Origin: Candidatus Omnitrophota bacterium
GTDB taxonomy: Bacteria > Omnitrophota > Gorgyraeia > Gygaellales > Profunditerraquicolaceae
Length of the DNA stretch: 64,000 bases
Direction of reading: 5' to 3'
Assembly: GCA_028715415.1 (NCBI GenBank)
Contig: JAQURX010000011.1
Location: 1,320 to 65,319, forward strand
Positions 36,885 to 47,789 of the stretch are shown in pieces. The translations under genes were made by a program, and so were the position numbers. The first letter of the stretch is position 1. The number at the start of each line of letters is the position of its first letter. Under the pieces are notes generated by a model. It had not been told where the DNA came from and did not search any database. It saw only the letters and a program-made list of their open reading frames with translations.

Positions 36885-39419
36885 CTATTTATTCCCTTCT
36901 TCAATAACAGGCAAAATAACAATCACCTTGGTTCCTTTGCCTTCATGGCTCTCCATATAAATATCCCCCCGGTGATTTTCCATTATGGTCCTTGAAATAC
37001 TAAGGCCTAAACCAGCGCCCTCTCCGGGAGGCTTGGTAGTAAAAAAAGGGTCAAATACTTTATCCAATATGTGTTTTGGAATGCCTTGCCCTGAATCTAT
37101 TACTTCAATAACTACTGCCTGACTCGTAGGATTCAAAAATCTTTCATCTTGATACCCGATTATGCTTTTTAATTCAGGAAAGCTTTTATTATAAATATTA
37201 ATGGTTATACTTCCTCCTTGCGGCATTGCCTGAAGGGCGTTAATAATAATATTCACAAAAACCTGTTCAATCTGATTGCGATCTACTCTAACCTGATTTT
37301 TAACAGCTGTAAAATTTTTAACAATCTTTACATTCTTTAGCGCCATTTGCTTTGAAACAAAACCTATTGACTCCTCAACAATCTCCGGCAACTGGAAGAA
37401 CTTAAACTCAAGCCTTGATGGCCTTGAAAAATCCAATAAACCTTTTACTATTCCGTCTGCTCTTCCTACAGCCTCTTTTATCATACCCAAAACTTCACGT
37501 TGCTCCGGCTTAGTAAATAATTTTTTACGTTCAAGAAAATTCACCCCTTGCAATATTATAGCTAAAGGATTTTTAATTTCATGCGCTACCCCTCCCGCAA
37601 GAGTCCCTACCACGTGCATCTTCTCTGCCTGTATAAGCTGAGACTGGGCTTCTTTCAATTTAGAATAGGCTTTTTTCAATTCATCTACGGCTCGCTTGCG
37701 GTCATCCTCCACATTGCATTGTTGAATAATAAAAGCGGTGGTTGTGCTAAGGCTATCTAGTATCGCATCTTCAGGAGGCAATATTTTATGTTTGGCAAAA
37801 AGAGCAAGCACCCCTAATATCTCCCCATCAGGGACACGTAATTGATAACCCACAAAAGACACCAGCCCTAATTCACGTGCCCATTCATGATTATGCACAC
37901 GAGAATCATTTACTACATCATTTGTAATAAACTTATGGTCCTCACCTGAGGCTACGCGGCCAATTTTATAACATCCAAACGGTACACGGCCGTGGTCTTT
38001 ACCGTCTATATGCGTGTACCTGCCGGAACTTGCCATTAAATGCAGGCACTTCTCCCGGAAACGACAAACATGCGGGCCTTCCTTAATTTTCGCATGAACA
38101 CAACCTTGCTCACATTTATCTCCCGGACGAATCAACCAAATTCTGCAGAAATCGGCATTAAAAATACGCACAATACTATCAGTAATGATTTTAAGTTTAA
38201 TGGCAAGTTCTCCCGGGGCGATAAGAGATTGGCGAAGCGCATTAACTTCCTCCTGCCATTTTAGCATCCCTTCGCGCTCAGCCTCCATTAATTTACGCTC
38301 AGTGATATCTTCTCCGATGCTACTTATGCCTAAAATCTTGCCATTCGGGTCACGTAAGAGCGAATTATTCCAAAGCACCAAACGCTGCCCTTGATCGCGG
38401 GTTTGAATATAAACCTCATAATGCAAAGGCAAAGGATCCTCTCCTGATAACACTTTACTAAACACTGATTTGACTCTTTCACGCGATTCAACGGGGAGAA
38501 AAACATCAAACCCGTTACGGCCGAATATCTCTTCTTTCTTCCATCCGGAGAGTTTCAAAAAAGCATCATTGCAAAAAATAACCCTGCCTTCAACATCAAG
38601 CTGCACGGCAGACAGGTTAAGATTTTCTAGGGTATCCCTAAACCTTCTCTCTGATTCCTTTAGCTTAGCTTCAAATTGTCTATTTAGCGTAATATCCCGG
38701 AAGAAGCCAACAAGATACTTCTTCCCGGAAATTACTACTGGGGAAGAATTAATATCAGCATAAAAAATACTGCCGTCTTTCCTTTTAACCGGGATATCTT
38801 TGGCAAGAATACTTTCTCCTCTCGCCTGCTTTTCAAATTCCTGGATGACAAAAGGCAAATCGCTTTCCGGATGAATATCATTAACGCCCAAAGCCTTAAT
38901 TTCCTCAAGGCTATAACCGAGCATCTGGAGAAATACCTTATTGCACATATAGAATTTCTTACTTTCTATTTCTACCAGGATAATCCCATCTGTCGCATTA
39001 TCAAAAATAGTCCGGAACTTTTCTTCGGAAGCTTTCACTTCCTGCTCTGTTTTTTTCCGCTCGGCAATATCTACATTAACTTCCGCAACCAACCACTCCC
39101 CGTTTTCTGCCTGAAAAGGGATAGTAGTTACCTGAATCGGCCTATTATTCTCTTTAATAAGGACTTCTTCTGCAATAACAGTACTTTTCGTTTCAAGCGC
39201 TTTTCTTATTCCGCAATGTTCACAAACTTGGTTTCTATCAACAAAATACTCGTAACATTTCTTGTTCTTAAAATCGCCGTAAACCTTAGCCCATTCCGGG
39301 TCTATATAACGGATATTATAATTAGAATCAATTATATCAAGGCCGGTTTTAGTAACCCCTAAGATAAACTCAATTTGTTTTAATAAAATATTACTGTTGT
39401 TTTCATTATCCATTTTCAT
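36885..39419 (-). CDS. Multi-PAS/GAF sensor histidine kinase
   Basis: Several PAS-like repeats, GAF-like region, H-box HEIKNPL, HATPase (GAGLGLSIS); 844 aa, no TM. Confidence 0.75.
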   Translation of the reverse strand: MKMDNENNSNILLKQIEFILGVTKTGLDIIDSNYNIRYIDPEWAKVYGDFKNKKCYEYFVDRNQVCEHCGIRKALETKSTVIAEEVLIKENNRPIQVTTIPFQAENGEWLVAEVNVDIAERKKTEQEVKASEEKFRTIFDNATDGIILVEIESKKFYMCNKVFLQMLGYSLEEIKALGVNDIHPESDLPFVIQEFEKQARGESILAKDIPVKRKDGSIFYADINSSPVVISGKKYLVGFFRDITLNRQFEAKLKESERRFRDTLENLNLSAVQLDVEGRVIFCNDAFLKLSGWKKEEIFGRNGFDVFLPVESRERVKSVFSKVLSGEDPLPLHYEVYIQTRDQGQRLVLWNNSLLRDPNGKILGISSIGEDITERKLMEAEREGMLKWQEEVNALRQSLIAPGELAIKLKIITDSIVRIFNADFCRIWLIRPGDKCEQGCVHAKIKEGPHVCRFREKCLHLMASSGRYTHIDGKDHGRVPFGCYKIGRVASGEDHKFITNDVVNDSRVHNHEWARELGLVSFVGYQLRVPDGEILGVLALFAKHKILPPEDAILDSLSTTTAFIIQQCNVEDDRKRAVDELKKAYSKLKEAQSQLIQAEKMHVVGTLAGGVAHEIKNPLAIILQGVNFLERKKLFTKPEQREVLGMIKEAVGRADGIVKGLLDFSRPSRLEFKFFQLPEIVEESIGFVSKQMALKNVKIVKNFTAVKNQVRVDRNQIEQVFVNIIINALQAMPQGGSITINIYNKSFPELKSIIGYQDERFLNPTSQAVVIEVIDSGQGIPKHILDKVFDPFFTTKPPGEGAGLGLSISRTIMENHRGDIYMESHEGKGTKVIVILPVIEEGNK

Positions 39420-39421
39420 AA

Positions 39422-39808
39422 CTAAAGAATCTTGGCGTCTTTTACTACAAGCAGCTCTGCTATTTTGGCAAGAATAAATTCGGGGTCAAAAGGCTTAGGG
39501 ATATAGAGATCTGCGCCAACTTCTTTTCCAATTTTTATATCTTTTTCCTCCGCTCGCGCGGTAAGCATGACAATCGGGATATTTTTATACTTTTCATCAA
39601 ACTTCAAGAACCTACAGACCTTATATCCATCTAATTTTGGAAGCATAAGATCTAAAATAATTAAATCCGGATTTTCTTTTTTTGCTTTATCAAGCGCTTC
39701 CTGTCCGTCGGAAGCAGTAATAACTTCGTAACCCTTAGACTCAAGCACATCTTTAATCATAGCTAAAATAGTAGCACTATCTTCAGTAACAAGTATTTTC
39801 TTTGGCAC
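39422..39808 (-). CDS. Single-domain response regulator receiver
   Basis: ILVTEDS...LIILDLMLPKLDGY; 128 aa. Confidence 0.8.
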   Translation of the reverse strand: MPKKILVTEDSATILAMIKDVLESKGYEVITASDGQEALDKAKKENPDLIILDLMLPKLDGYKVCRFLKFDEKYKNIPIVMLTARAEEKDIKIGKEVGADLYIPKPFDPEFILAKIAELLVVKDAKIL

Positions 39809-39811
39809 TTC

Positions 39812-40180
39812 TTACTCCTTTAATACACGCCTAATTTCTTTTACCAATTCTTTTCCTTCGTAAGGCTTGGTAATATAGCCTTCGGCAAGAAGCTTTTTCC
39901 CTTTTTCAACATCAACTTCTTGTGCTGCTGTAGTAACAAAAATTATCGGGATACTCTTTATCTCAGGGTCATCTTTTGCAATTCGGCATACTTCAAAACC
40001 ATCTATTCCCGGCATGCGCACATCCAGAAGGACTAAATCTGGCTTAAGATCTTTCATCTGTTTTAACCCATCTTCTCCATTATAAGCTGCTAAAACTTCA
40101 TAGTTTGCAGCTTCAATCCTCTCTTTAAGTAAAGCCACTGTCGTCTGGCTATCTTCAATCAATAAAATTCTTTTTGCCAT
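39812..40180 (-). CDS. Single-domain response regulator receiver
   Basis: ILLIEDSQ...LVLLDVRMPGIDGFE; 122 aa. Confidence 0.8.
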   Translation of the reverse strand: MAKRILLIEDSQTTVALLKERIEAANYEVLAAYNGEDGLKQMKDLKPDLVLLDVRMPGIDGFEVCRIAKDDPEIKSIPIIFVTTAAQEVDVEKGKKLLAEGYITKPYEGKELVKEIRRVLKE

Positions 40181-40192
40181 AGATACCCCTCC

Positions 40193-41218
40193 CTAACCTT
40201 TAGTTAATCCGATAATCTCATCAGCAATTTCATTTAAAGGAATTACTTTATCAATACAACCGCTCTCTATGGCAAGTTCATTCATCCCAAATATTACAGA
40301 AGAAGCTTCATTTTGCGCAATCGTAATCCCTCCTGCATTCTTTATTGACTTAATACCTTCAACTCCATCATTTCCCATACCGGTCATAATTATTCCAATT
40401 GCATTTTCCCCAAAAGATTTGGCAACAGAATTCATCATTACATCAATAGAAGGTACATGAATAAGTTTACGGGTAGTATCTTCTTTCAAGCTTATCCTTG
40501 AATATGCATCAATAAGAATGTTGAATCCATCCGGTGCAAAGAAAACCATCCCGCTTTTTAGAACATCCCCTGCCTGTGCAACCTTAATCTCAAGATGAGT
40601 TAAATCCTTTAACCACTCAACTAAACCATTAATAAATCCAGCTGAAATATGCTGGACAATAATTAAACCAAAAGGCAAATCATGTGGAAGCTTTGATAAT
40701 AGAACTTGCAATGCTTGCGGCCCTCCAGTAGAAACACCAACTGCAACTACTTTCGTAATGTTTTCTTTCTTGGGGATAGACGTTCTCACAATTGGCCTAA
40801 TTTTCATTCTTCGTAAAGGCTTAACCCGCGAAGCAATCTTTACTTTACTAATCAAGTCATGAGAAATCTTTTCGATATCAGAAGAAATCGCTACAAAATC
40901 CATCGCTCCGATACTTAGAGCCTTTACAACGACATCAACATCCATGCTACTTACAACAATTATTGGAATCGGATTATCCTCCATAATCTTTTCAACAGCT
41001 TCAAGCCCAGACATAACAGGCATTTTTAAGTCCATAGTTATAACATCGGGCTTTAAAAATGCTGCTTTTTTCACTCCTTCATCCCCATTAGCAGCTAGAC
41101 CAACAACCTCAATCTCAATATCACTTGATAAAATTGCCTTTAATGCCTCTCTAATAAGCGGAGAATCATCCACAATTAGAACTTTAATCTTTCTTTCAAC
41201 CTTATCATTAATAAACAT
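40193..41218 (-). CDS. cheB: Chemotaxis protein-glutamate methylesterase CheB (REC + CheB methylesterase)
   Basis: N-terminal receiver; C-terminal VVAVGVSTGGPQAL, HVPSIDVMM, GMGNDG catalytic motifs. Confidence 0.85.
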   Translation of the reverse strand: MFINDKVERKIKVLIVDDSPLIREALKAILSSDIEIEVVGLAANGDEGVKKAAFLKPDVITMDLKMPVMSGLEAVEKIMEDNPIPIIVVSSMDVDVVVKALSIGAMDFVAISSDIEKISHDLISKVKIASRVKPLRRMKIRPIVRTSIPKKENITKVVAVGVSTGGPQALQVLLSKLPHDLPFGLIIVQHISAGFINGLVEWLKDLTHLEIKVAQAGDVLKSGMVFFAPDGFNILIDAYSRISLKEDTTRKLIHVPSIDVMMNSVAKSFGENAIGIIMTGMGNDGVEGIKSIKNAGGITIAQNEASSVIFGMNELAIESGCIDKVIPLNEIADEIIGLTKG

Positions 41219-43365
41219 TAGCCTATCAACCTTTCTAGTGTTTCCAACAATCCTTCGGAAGTAAAATCACTTTTTAAGATATACGCCTCAGCACCTGCTT
41301 CTAAACCACGCCTCTTATCAGCATCGCTTTCTCTTGTTGTAACAATTACAACTGGCACATCCTTATAGATATTATCCTTTTTAAGCCTTGAGGTCAATTC
41401 AAACCCATCCATCTTTGGCATTAAAACATCAGTAATTACAAGATCAAATTTCTCCTGTGAAGCACGATCAAGTGCCTCTTTCCCATCACGAGCGATTACT
41501 ACAGAATACCCTACGGACTCAAGGATATTCTTCTCAAGCATAGCTGTGCTTAAAACATCCTCAGCCAAAAGAATTGTTTTCTTTTTTTTGCCTTTTAGCT
41601 CTGGCTGCGAGACGCTAACCGGCCTTCTTACGATGACTCCTTCGGAAGATTCAATAATTGACGGGATATCTAAAATAAGGATTACCTCGCCATTTCCCAA
41701 AATAGTTGCTCCAGAAATATTCTTCACTTTCTTCAAAGGCTCTCCTAAAGATTTAGTAACGATATCTAACCTACCTAATAGCTCGTCTACTAAAATCCCG
41801 ATTCTTTTTTCAACTGACTGCACAACGACAACAGAGAAAAACCTTTTCTCAAAAATCCCTCTTTTACAAAGCCCGAATAAATCGCACAGCCTGACAAGTG
41901 GCAAAATATGCCCTCGCACAGTTATCGCTTCTTTAGTTTCAACTGTCTTAACATCCTCAACGTTTACCCTGATAGTTTCTACTACTGTATCAATAGGGAT
42001 AGCAAAGGTATCTGTCCCTGCAGCGACAAGTAAACTTTCTGTAACTGCTAAAGTCAAAGGAAATTTCATGGTGAACTTAGCGCCTATCCCAATTTGAGAA
42101 TTAACTTCGACTGTGCCTTTTAACTTAACCACTCTTTCTCTTACAACATCTAATCCAACACCTCTTCCGGAAATATCAGTAACTACTTTTTGCGTACTAA
42201 AACCGGGAGTAAAAATAAGCTGCATCGCCTGTTCGTCAGCCAATTCTTTAATCTTTTCACTTGCTACCAAACCCCTTGCTACTGCTTGTTCTTTTACTTT
42301 ATTTATATCTATGCCATTCCCGTCATCAGAAACCGAAATCACAATTTGCGAACCTTCCTGACAAGCAGACAAAATAATCTTCCCCTCTCTTGGTTTATTT
42401 TTAGAAAGGCGCTCCTCTGGCGATTCAATTCCATGGTCAACTGAATTCCTCAAAAGATGCATGATAGGATCCTTTAACTCATCAATTATTGTTTTGTCTA
42501 ACTGCGCCTCTTCTCCACGCAACTCAAAATTGATCTCTTTGCCTTTAGTTTGAGCCAAATCCCTCATTGAACGGGGAAAGGTATTAAATAAAGTTGATAC
42601 TGGCAGCATCCTGACATTCATAACTTCATCTTGTATTTCCCCGGTAAGAAAACTTATCAAACCATCTACTGAACGTAAATCACTAACTAAATTACTAAGC
42701 GCTTCGTCATTAATCCCCTCTAAATCAGCTTTGTCGCTTAAATTTTTAACAACATCATCAAGCCTTATTTTGGAAATCAAAAGCTCTCCTGATAAATTCA
42801 TTAACTTATCCAATTTTGCCTTATCAACACGCAAACTGCCTTCAATTGCCGCAGCTACATCATTACTAATAGTTGATTTAGCTACCTTTGGTTCTTCAGT
42901 TAAAACAGGGGCTGCTATAATTTCTTCGTGGATGATACCATCTTTAGATTTATGTGTTTTTTTCTCATGTTTTTCAGAGAATTCTTCTTTTACTTGCCTA
43001 CATAATTCTTCCGCAAAAGGCCTTTCAATCCCTTTTTCTTCCCATGTAACTTTATCTTCTAAAAAGCCTTCAATTGCGTCTAAACATTTAAGAAGAATAT
43101 CAATATGCTTCTTTTCTAACTTAATTTCTTTATTAAGCGCTTTTTCTAAGCCACTCTCCATTTCATGGCCAAGGTCTGCAATACGCTTATACCCCATCAT
43201 GGTTGCAGAGCCTTTAATTGTATGCGCTTCCCTCATCATACTATTAAGCAGCTCATGGTTTTGAGGTGCTTTCTCAAGCTTTAACAAACCCAAGCTTAAG
43301 GCTTGAAGATGCTCCCTTGTCTCTACCTTGAATCCTTCAATAAATTTTGACTTATCAAATACCAT
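41218..43365 (-). CDS. cheA: Chemotaxis histidine kinase CheA with C-terminal receiver domain (CheA-CheY hybrid)
   Basis: HPt (EAHTIKGSATMMG), HATPase (DDGNGID, GRGVGLDVV), CheW-like domain, C-terminal REC (ILLAEDV...LVITDVLMPKMDG); 715 aa. Confidence 0.85.
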   Translation of the reverse strand: MVFDKSKFIEGFKVETREHLQALSLGLLKLEKAPQNHELLNSMMREAHTIKGSATMMGYKRIADLGHEMESGLEKALNKEIKLEKKHIDILLKCLDAIEGFLEDKVTWEEKGIERPFAEELCRQVKEEFSEKHEKKTHKSKDGIIHEEIIAAPVLTEEPKVAKSTISNDVAAAIEGSLRVDKAKLDKLMNLSGELLISKIRLDDVVKNLSDKADLEGINDEALSNLVSDLRSVDGLISFLTGEIQDEVMNVRMLPVSTLFNTFPRSMRDLAQTKGKEINFELRGEEAQLDKTIIDELKDPIMHLLRNSVDHGIESPEERLSKNKPREGKIILSACQEGSQIVISVSDDGNGIDINKVKEQAVARGLVASEKIKELADEQAMQLIFTPGFSTQKVVTDISGRGVGLDVVRERVVKLKGTVEVNSQIGIGAKFTMKFPLTLAVTESLLVAAGTDTFAIPIDTVVETIRVNVEDVKTVETKEAITVRGHILPLVRLCDLFGLCKRGIFEKRFFSVVVVQSVEKRIGILVDELLGRLDIVTKSLGEPLKKVKNISGATILGNGEVILILDIPSIIESSEGVIVRRPVSVSQPELKGKKKKTILLAEDVLSTAMLEKNILESVGYSVVIARDGKEALDRASQEKFDLVITDVLMPKMDGFELTSRLKKDNIYKDVPVVIVTTRESDADKRRGLEAGAEAYILKSDFTSEGLLETLERLIG

Positions 43366-43383
43366 TTTTAGTTCTTTAAAAAA

Positions 43384-45264
43384 TTATTCAATTTTGAATT
43401 TGCCGGAAACATTCTTTAAATCCTGGGCTAAACCTGTAAGCTGCTTAACTGCAACCTGTGATTGTTGAGAACTTTGAGCGATCTGTTTCATTGCTTCATC
43501 AATATTGCTCATAGCATCAGCAATCTGCTTTGAACCAGCTACCTGCTGTGTCGTACCCATTGATATTTCTTTAGCTCTCTCCGCAGATTCCTGCGACAAC
43601 TTTGTTTCTTCATCAACACTTGTCACGCTTGTTTCCATAGACATAATTACATTAGACATCTCATGTTGGATTATTTCAATAAGAGCTGTAATATCTTTGG
43701 TTGACTTTGCAGTTGAATCAGCAAGTTTTCTAATTTCATCAGCGACAACTGTAAAGCCTTTACCTTCTTCCCCTGCACGAGCAGCTTCAATCGCAGCATT
43801 AACTGCCAAAAGATTTGTCTGATCAGCAACATCATCTATAACTTCTGTAATTTTGCCAATCTTTTGAGATTTTTCACTTAAGGAAGCAATTATCTGGCCA
43901 GTTTTACCAATAGCTTCTTTAATCTTAGCCATTCCTATCATGGCATGAGCAGCTACTTCTGAAACTCTTTTGATGTTCTCGCCTACCTGCTCGGCACTCT
44001 TAGATAATTCTTTTGAAGCTGATGTAGTTTCAGATACAGCGGCAGATTGTTCCCTGGCACCTGCTGCCTGCTGCTGGCTTGCAGCAAGGATTTCGCTAGA
44101 AGCGGAGGTAATCTGGTTTGCTGCATCCCTGATCTTTGACATAATTTCTTTAAGATTTAACTGCATAGTATTAAAACTAGCTGCTAACTGGCCAATCTCG
44201 TCTTTGTTATCTATAGAAATTTCACTAGTTAAATCTCCTCCAGAAATCGTATTAGCAACACCAGCTAACTTTTTAATTGGGTTAGCAATATTATTGGAAA
44301 CAGTTAATGCGAAAATTATAACTAAGATAACTGTAATCAACATAATAAGCAATATAATTCCACCAAGTTGTGCAGCCGGAGCAAAAGCCTCTTTGGCATC
44401 CATCTCTGAAACAACAACCCAACCCAAATAATCAAATGCCTTGTTAAGCTGCTCACCGGAAACTGAACCCAACACAAGGCTTTTCCTGTAATCTTGATAC
44501 ACTCCAGCATTATCTTTCTTATTTGTAAAAAAGAACCTTACAGGCTCTGAATCTACCTTTTGACTCAAAGATAAATCTTTATAAAAACGAGAATCCGTAA
44601 TCATTACTCCATCCTTATTAACTAAATAATTTTCTCCGGTTTCTCCTAACCCCATTCTATTGGCAAGAATTTCATTAAGGACTTGTAAGTTTATGCGTTC
44701 GGCAAACACTCCAACGAACTCACCAGTTTTTAAATCCTTAACTGCCATAGAAGCAACAAAACCTATCTTTCCAGTAGTTTTAGATTGATAAACATCTTTA
44801 ATAAAAAAATCTTTTTGCAGAGCACCAGTAAAATATGGATCCTGAGATTTATCTATCCCCATCTCTTTTTCCTCAGTGCTCGCTATAACTTTACCACGAT
44901 TATCCATAATGATAAATTCCTGCACTAAAGGATTAATTTTAATTCTTTCTTCAACATAATCATTTAACTCTTTAATTGCTTGAGGCGAACTAATAGTTTT
45001 ATTATTGATATTTCTCAACCCATCTATAATTGTTTTAGCGTGTCCGTACACTGCCAATGCTCTTTTTGCGCCTATTAGATACTGCACAACAGCTTGTTCC
45101 TTACCATTGGAGATGGCATCAAAGTCCTGTGTAATCTGTTTGGTTAACGTAGCCTTGCTAAACATATAAGCAACAGCCCCCAGAATGACTACAGGGACAA
45201 GCGCAATTACTAAAAACATTACGACTAATTTTGACTTAATACTACCTAATAAAATGCTTTTCAT
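43384..45264 (-). CDS. Methyl-accepting chemotaxis protein (Cache-like periplasmic sensor, HAMP, MCP signalling domain)
   Basis: Two TM segments, HAMP, highly conserved MCP hairpin (QTNLLAVNAAIEAARAGEEGKGFTVVADEIRKLA); 626 aa. Confidence 0.85.
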   Translation of the reverse strand: MKSILLGSIKSKLVVMFLVIALVPVVILGAVAYMFSKATLTKQITQDFDAISNGKEQAVVQYLIGAKRALAVYGHAKTIIDGLRNINNKTISSPQAIKELNDYVEERIKINPLVQEFIIMDNRGKVIASTEEKEMGIDKSQDPYFTGALQKDFFIKDVYQSKTTGKIGFVASMAVKDLKTGEFVGVFAERINLQVLNEILANRMGLGETGENYLVNKDGVMITDSRFYKDLSLSQKVDSEPVRFFFTNKKDNAGVYQDYRKSLVLGSVSGEQLNKAFDYLGWVVVSEMDAKEAFAPAAQLGGIILLIMLITVILVIIFALTVSNNIANPIKKLAGVANTISGGDLTSEISIDNKDEIGQLAASFNTMQLNLKEIMSKIRDAANQITSASSEILAASQQQAAGAREQSAAVSETTSASKELSKSAEQVGENIKRVSEVAAHAMIGMAKIKEAIGKTGQIIASLSEKSQKIGKITEVIDDVADQTNLLAVNAAIEAARAGEEGKGFTVVADEIRKLADSTAKSTKDITALIEIIQHEMSNVIMSMETSVTSVDEETKLSQESAERAKEISMGTTQQVAGSKQIADAMSNIDEAMKQIAQSSQQSQVAVKQLTGLAQDLKNVSGKFKIE

Positions 45265-45788
45265 ATCCCCTCTCCTTTTGCTAACCTAACCACTTCTTCG
45301 CAATTTAAAATCCTCTCTAAATCTAAGATTATAAAAATTTCTCCTTCAATTTGAACTTGCCCTTTTGTATAAAGTGCTAACTTTTGACTAAGGGTAGCTA
45401 ATGGTGGCTGTATTAAATCAACGTCAATATCCATAGCGCCTCTTATTTTATCTACGATGAAACCTATATTTGAGCCAGTTACATCAGTTATTATTCCTCT
45501 TATTTCTTTTGACTTCCCACCCGAGCTAAGCCCCAAAAAATATCTAATATCACAAAGAGAGACCACTTCGCCGCGCAAATTAATTACTCCTGAAATAAAT
45601 TCGGGAGTATTAGGAACTCTTGTGATTTTATTAATCTTAGCCACTTCTTTTGCCGATCGGATATCAACACAATAATTTTCTTCACTTAAACAAAAAGACA
45701 AAACGCGTATAGCCTTTTTCTTAATTGCCTCTTCTTCAAATTGAATATCGTCAACTTCAAGAATGATTTTATCTTTTTCTTCAGGCAT
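45261..45788 (-). CDS. cheW: Chemotaxis coupling protein CheW
   Basis: Single CheW-like domain, 175 aa; overlaps MCP start. Confidence 0.75.
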   Translation of the reverse strand: MPEEKDKIILEVDDIQFEEEAIKKKAIRVLSFCLSEENYCVDIRSAKEVAKINKITRVPNTPEFISGVINLRGEVVSLCDIRYFLGLSSGGKSKEIRGIITDVTGSNIGFIVDKIRGAMDIDVDLIQPPLATLSQKLALYTKGQVQIEGEIFIILDLERILNCEEVVRLAKGEGI

Positions 45789-46248
45789 TTTTCTTCCTTA
45801 CTTCTACTCTCTCGTGGACATTTTTAATCCCAGTCTCATCATCTACACTTAAAATCTTCTCAAAGTCAATAAGCAAAATAAGCCTGTTTCCTATTTTTAT
45901 AACACCTGTTAAATATGAAGCGTCTTTTAAGAACTTATCTGGAGGCGTAATTGCTCCATGTTCAATATTGGCAACATTTAAAACTTCATCAACAAGGACA
46001 CCAATTAAATGTTCTTTGATTTGCGTAATAATAATCCTGTTTTCTTTTTTGGAATTTTCTGATTTAAGGCTGAATTTTTTTCGTAGGTTTAATAAAGGTA
46101 TGACTTTACCGCGTAGGCTGATTACCCCTTCAACAAAATCTGCAGAATCAGGGATTGTAACAATTTCTTTCATCCTGATAACGTGGCGCACTTGCTTAAT
46201 ATCCACGCCATATTCTTTATCTGCGATTTTAAATATGGCTATGTCCAT
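45781..46248 (-). CDS. cheW: Chemotaxis coupling protein CheW (second copy)
   Basis: Single CheW-like domain, 155 aa. Confidence 0.75.
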   Translation of the reverse strand: MDIAIFKIADKEYGVDIKQVRHVIRMKEIVTIPDSADFVEGVISLRGKVIPLLNLRKKFSLKSENSKKENRIIITQIKEHLIGVLVDEVLNVANIEHGAITPPDKFLKDASYLTGVIKIGNRLILLIDFEKILSVDDETGIKNVHERVEVRKKNA

Positions 46249-47774
46249 GGGCCCATTTTCAGTCTTTCAATATTGTCACGGCAGACATTCATCAATGTCG
46301 CTGTGTCAAATCCTCCACTGTATGGGATTATATCAGAATATAAATTGTTTGACAACAATTTTAAGGTGTTTCTATAACCCCTAATTGCATCTTCAAAACG
46401 ATTTTCGTTTTTGTAAACATTTGCGAGATAAAAATTTGCGAGAGTAAAATTTTTATCTAAATAAAGAGATTTCTTTAGGCTCTCTTTTGCTTTCTCCCCC
46501 TCCTGCTCCTCTATATATATACAACCCAAGAGATAATGCGCTGGAGCAAACATAGGATTAATTCTTAAAATTGCGGAAATCTTATCTTTTGCTTCATTAA
46601 ACCTTCCCTGGTTGACATAAATTTGAGAAGCCATAAAAAGAGGGTCAACTGCAAGTTTGTCAATCATATGAGCTTCTTCCAAAAGCAATAGTGCCTGGTC
46701 ATATTTTTTTAATAAAAGATTCTTATTCGCTTGAATCAAGATATCTTCAATCTTTTTCGGTGCTGGATGGACCTTACTTGCCTCTGTTTCAATCAATGCT
46801 AAAATCTGCTTTCTCGAGATTTCTTCTAAGATTTCCTCTATTCTAGGCTTAGATATAGTTGTCCTAACTGGTTCAATCTCTTTGACTTTACCTTCTGCTA
46901 TCTTCCTATAATAGATAGCTTCGTCAGAATAAATCATCTTAAACTTATTCTGCATGAAATGCAGATTTTCTGAATAGCCTATGAAAACAAAACCATCATC
47001 AAGCAAACTTGAATAAAATTTCTCCATAATTTTTAAGGTGGTCTCTAACTCAAAGTATATCACCACATTACGGCAAAATATCACATCAAAACCAACAGGA
47101 TATTCTGAGTCCATCAAATTATGAAAACTAAAAGAAACCAATGATTTTATCGTATCTCGTATCTCATATCTGGTTGTTCGTTCGGAAGCTGATAAAACAG
47201 TAAAGTACTTTTCTAAATATTCTGGACTTACAAACTTTACCGCATTTCTTTCATACACCCCTTTTCTTGCTTTCTCTAGCACCTCGCTTGAAACATCAGT
47301 TGCAATAATCTGAATTTCCCAATTCTCCAAATCAGGGATAGCCTCTCTAACAATAATTGCAATAGTATACGGCTCTTCTCCCGTAGAACAACCGGCACTC
47401 CAGATACGTAATACTTTTTTTTCTTTCTGCTCTTGCCCTGAAGAAAATCTTAATTTTCGTTCAATAATTTCTGGCAAGATTCTTTCTTTTAAAGCTTTAA
47501 ATTGCGCTTCATTCCTAAAAAAATAAGTGTGATTAATTGTCAATAAGTTTAATAATTCTCTAAGCTCATCCTCTTTTTTGCTTGATGTAGTTAAATAAGA
47601 ATAATAATTTACTGGGGAGTCAATTCCGCAAGCAACCATCCTTAAAGCTATCTTATCTTCAAGTTCACCTAAATCATGGTCTTTAAAATAAAGGCCGGTT
47701 CTATCAGTAATAGAATTTTTAATCCTGTGTTTTAACTCATCAGGAATTAGTATTTTTCCCGTCCTATCTTTCAT
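46239..47774 (-). CDS. cheR: Chemotaxis methyltransferase CheR with C-terminal TPR repeats
   Basis: CheR N-terminal and SAM-binding domain (RIWSAGCSTGEEPYTIA); C-terminal ~150 aa TPR repeats; 511 aa. Confidence 0.8.
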   Translation of the reverse strand: MKDRTGKILIPDELKHRIKNSITDRTGLYFKDHDLGELEDKIALRMVACGIDSPVNYYSYLTTSSKKEDELRELLNLLTINHTYFFRNEAQFKALKERILPEIIERKLRFSSGQEQKEKKVLRIWSAGCSTGEEPYTIAIIVREAIPDLENWEIQIIATDVSSEVLEKARKGVYERNAVKFVSPEYLEKYFTVLSASERTTRYEIRDTIKSLVSFSFHNLMDSEYPVGFDVIFCRNVVIYFELETTLKIMEKFYSSLLDDGFVFIGYSENLHFMQNKFKMIYSDEAIYYRKIAEGKVKEIEPVRTTISKPRIEEILEEISRKQILALIETEASKVHPAPKKIEDILIQANKNLLLKKYDQALLLLEEAHMIDKLAVDPLFMASQIYVNQGRFNEAKDKISAILRINPMFAPAHYLLGCIYIEEQEGEKAKESLKKSLYLDKNFTLANFYLANVYKNENRFEDAIRGYRNTLKLLSNNLYSDIIPYSGGFDTATLMNVCRDNIERLKMGPWT

Positions 47775-47789
47775 GCTTTATTGAGATGA

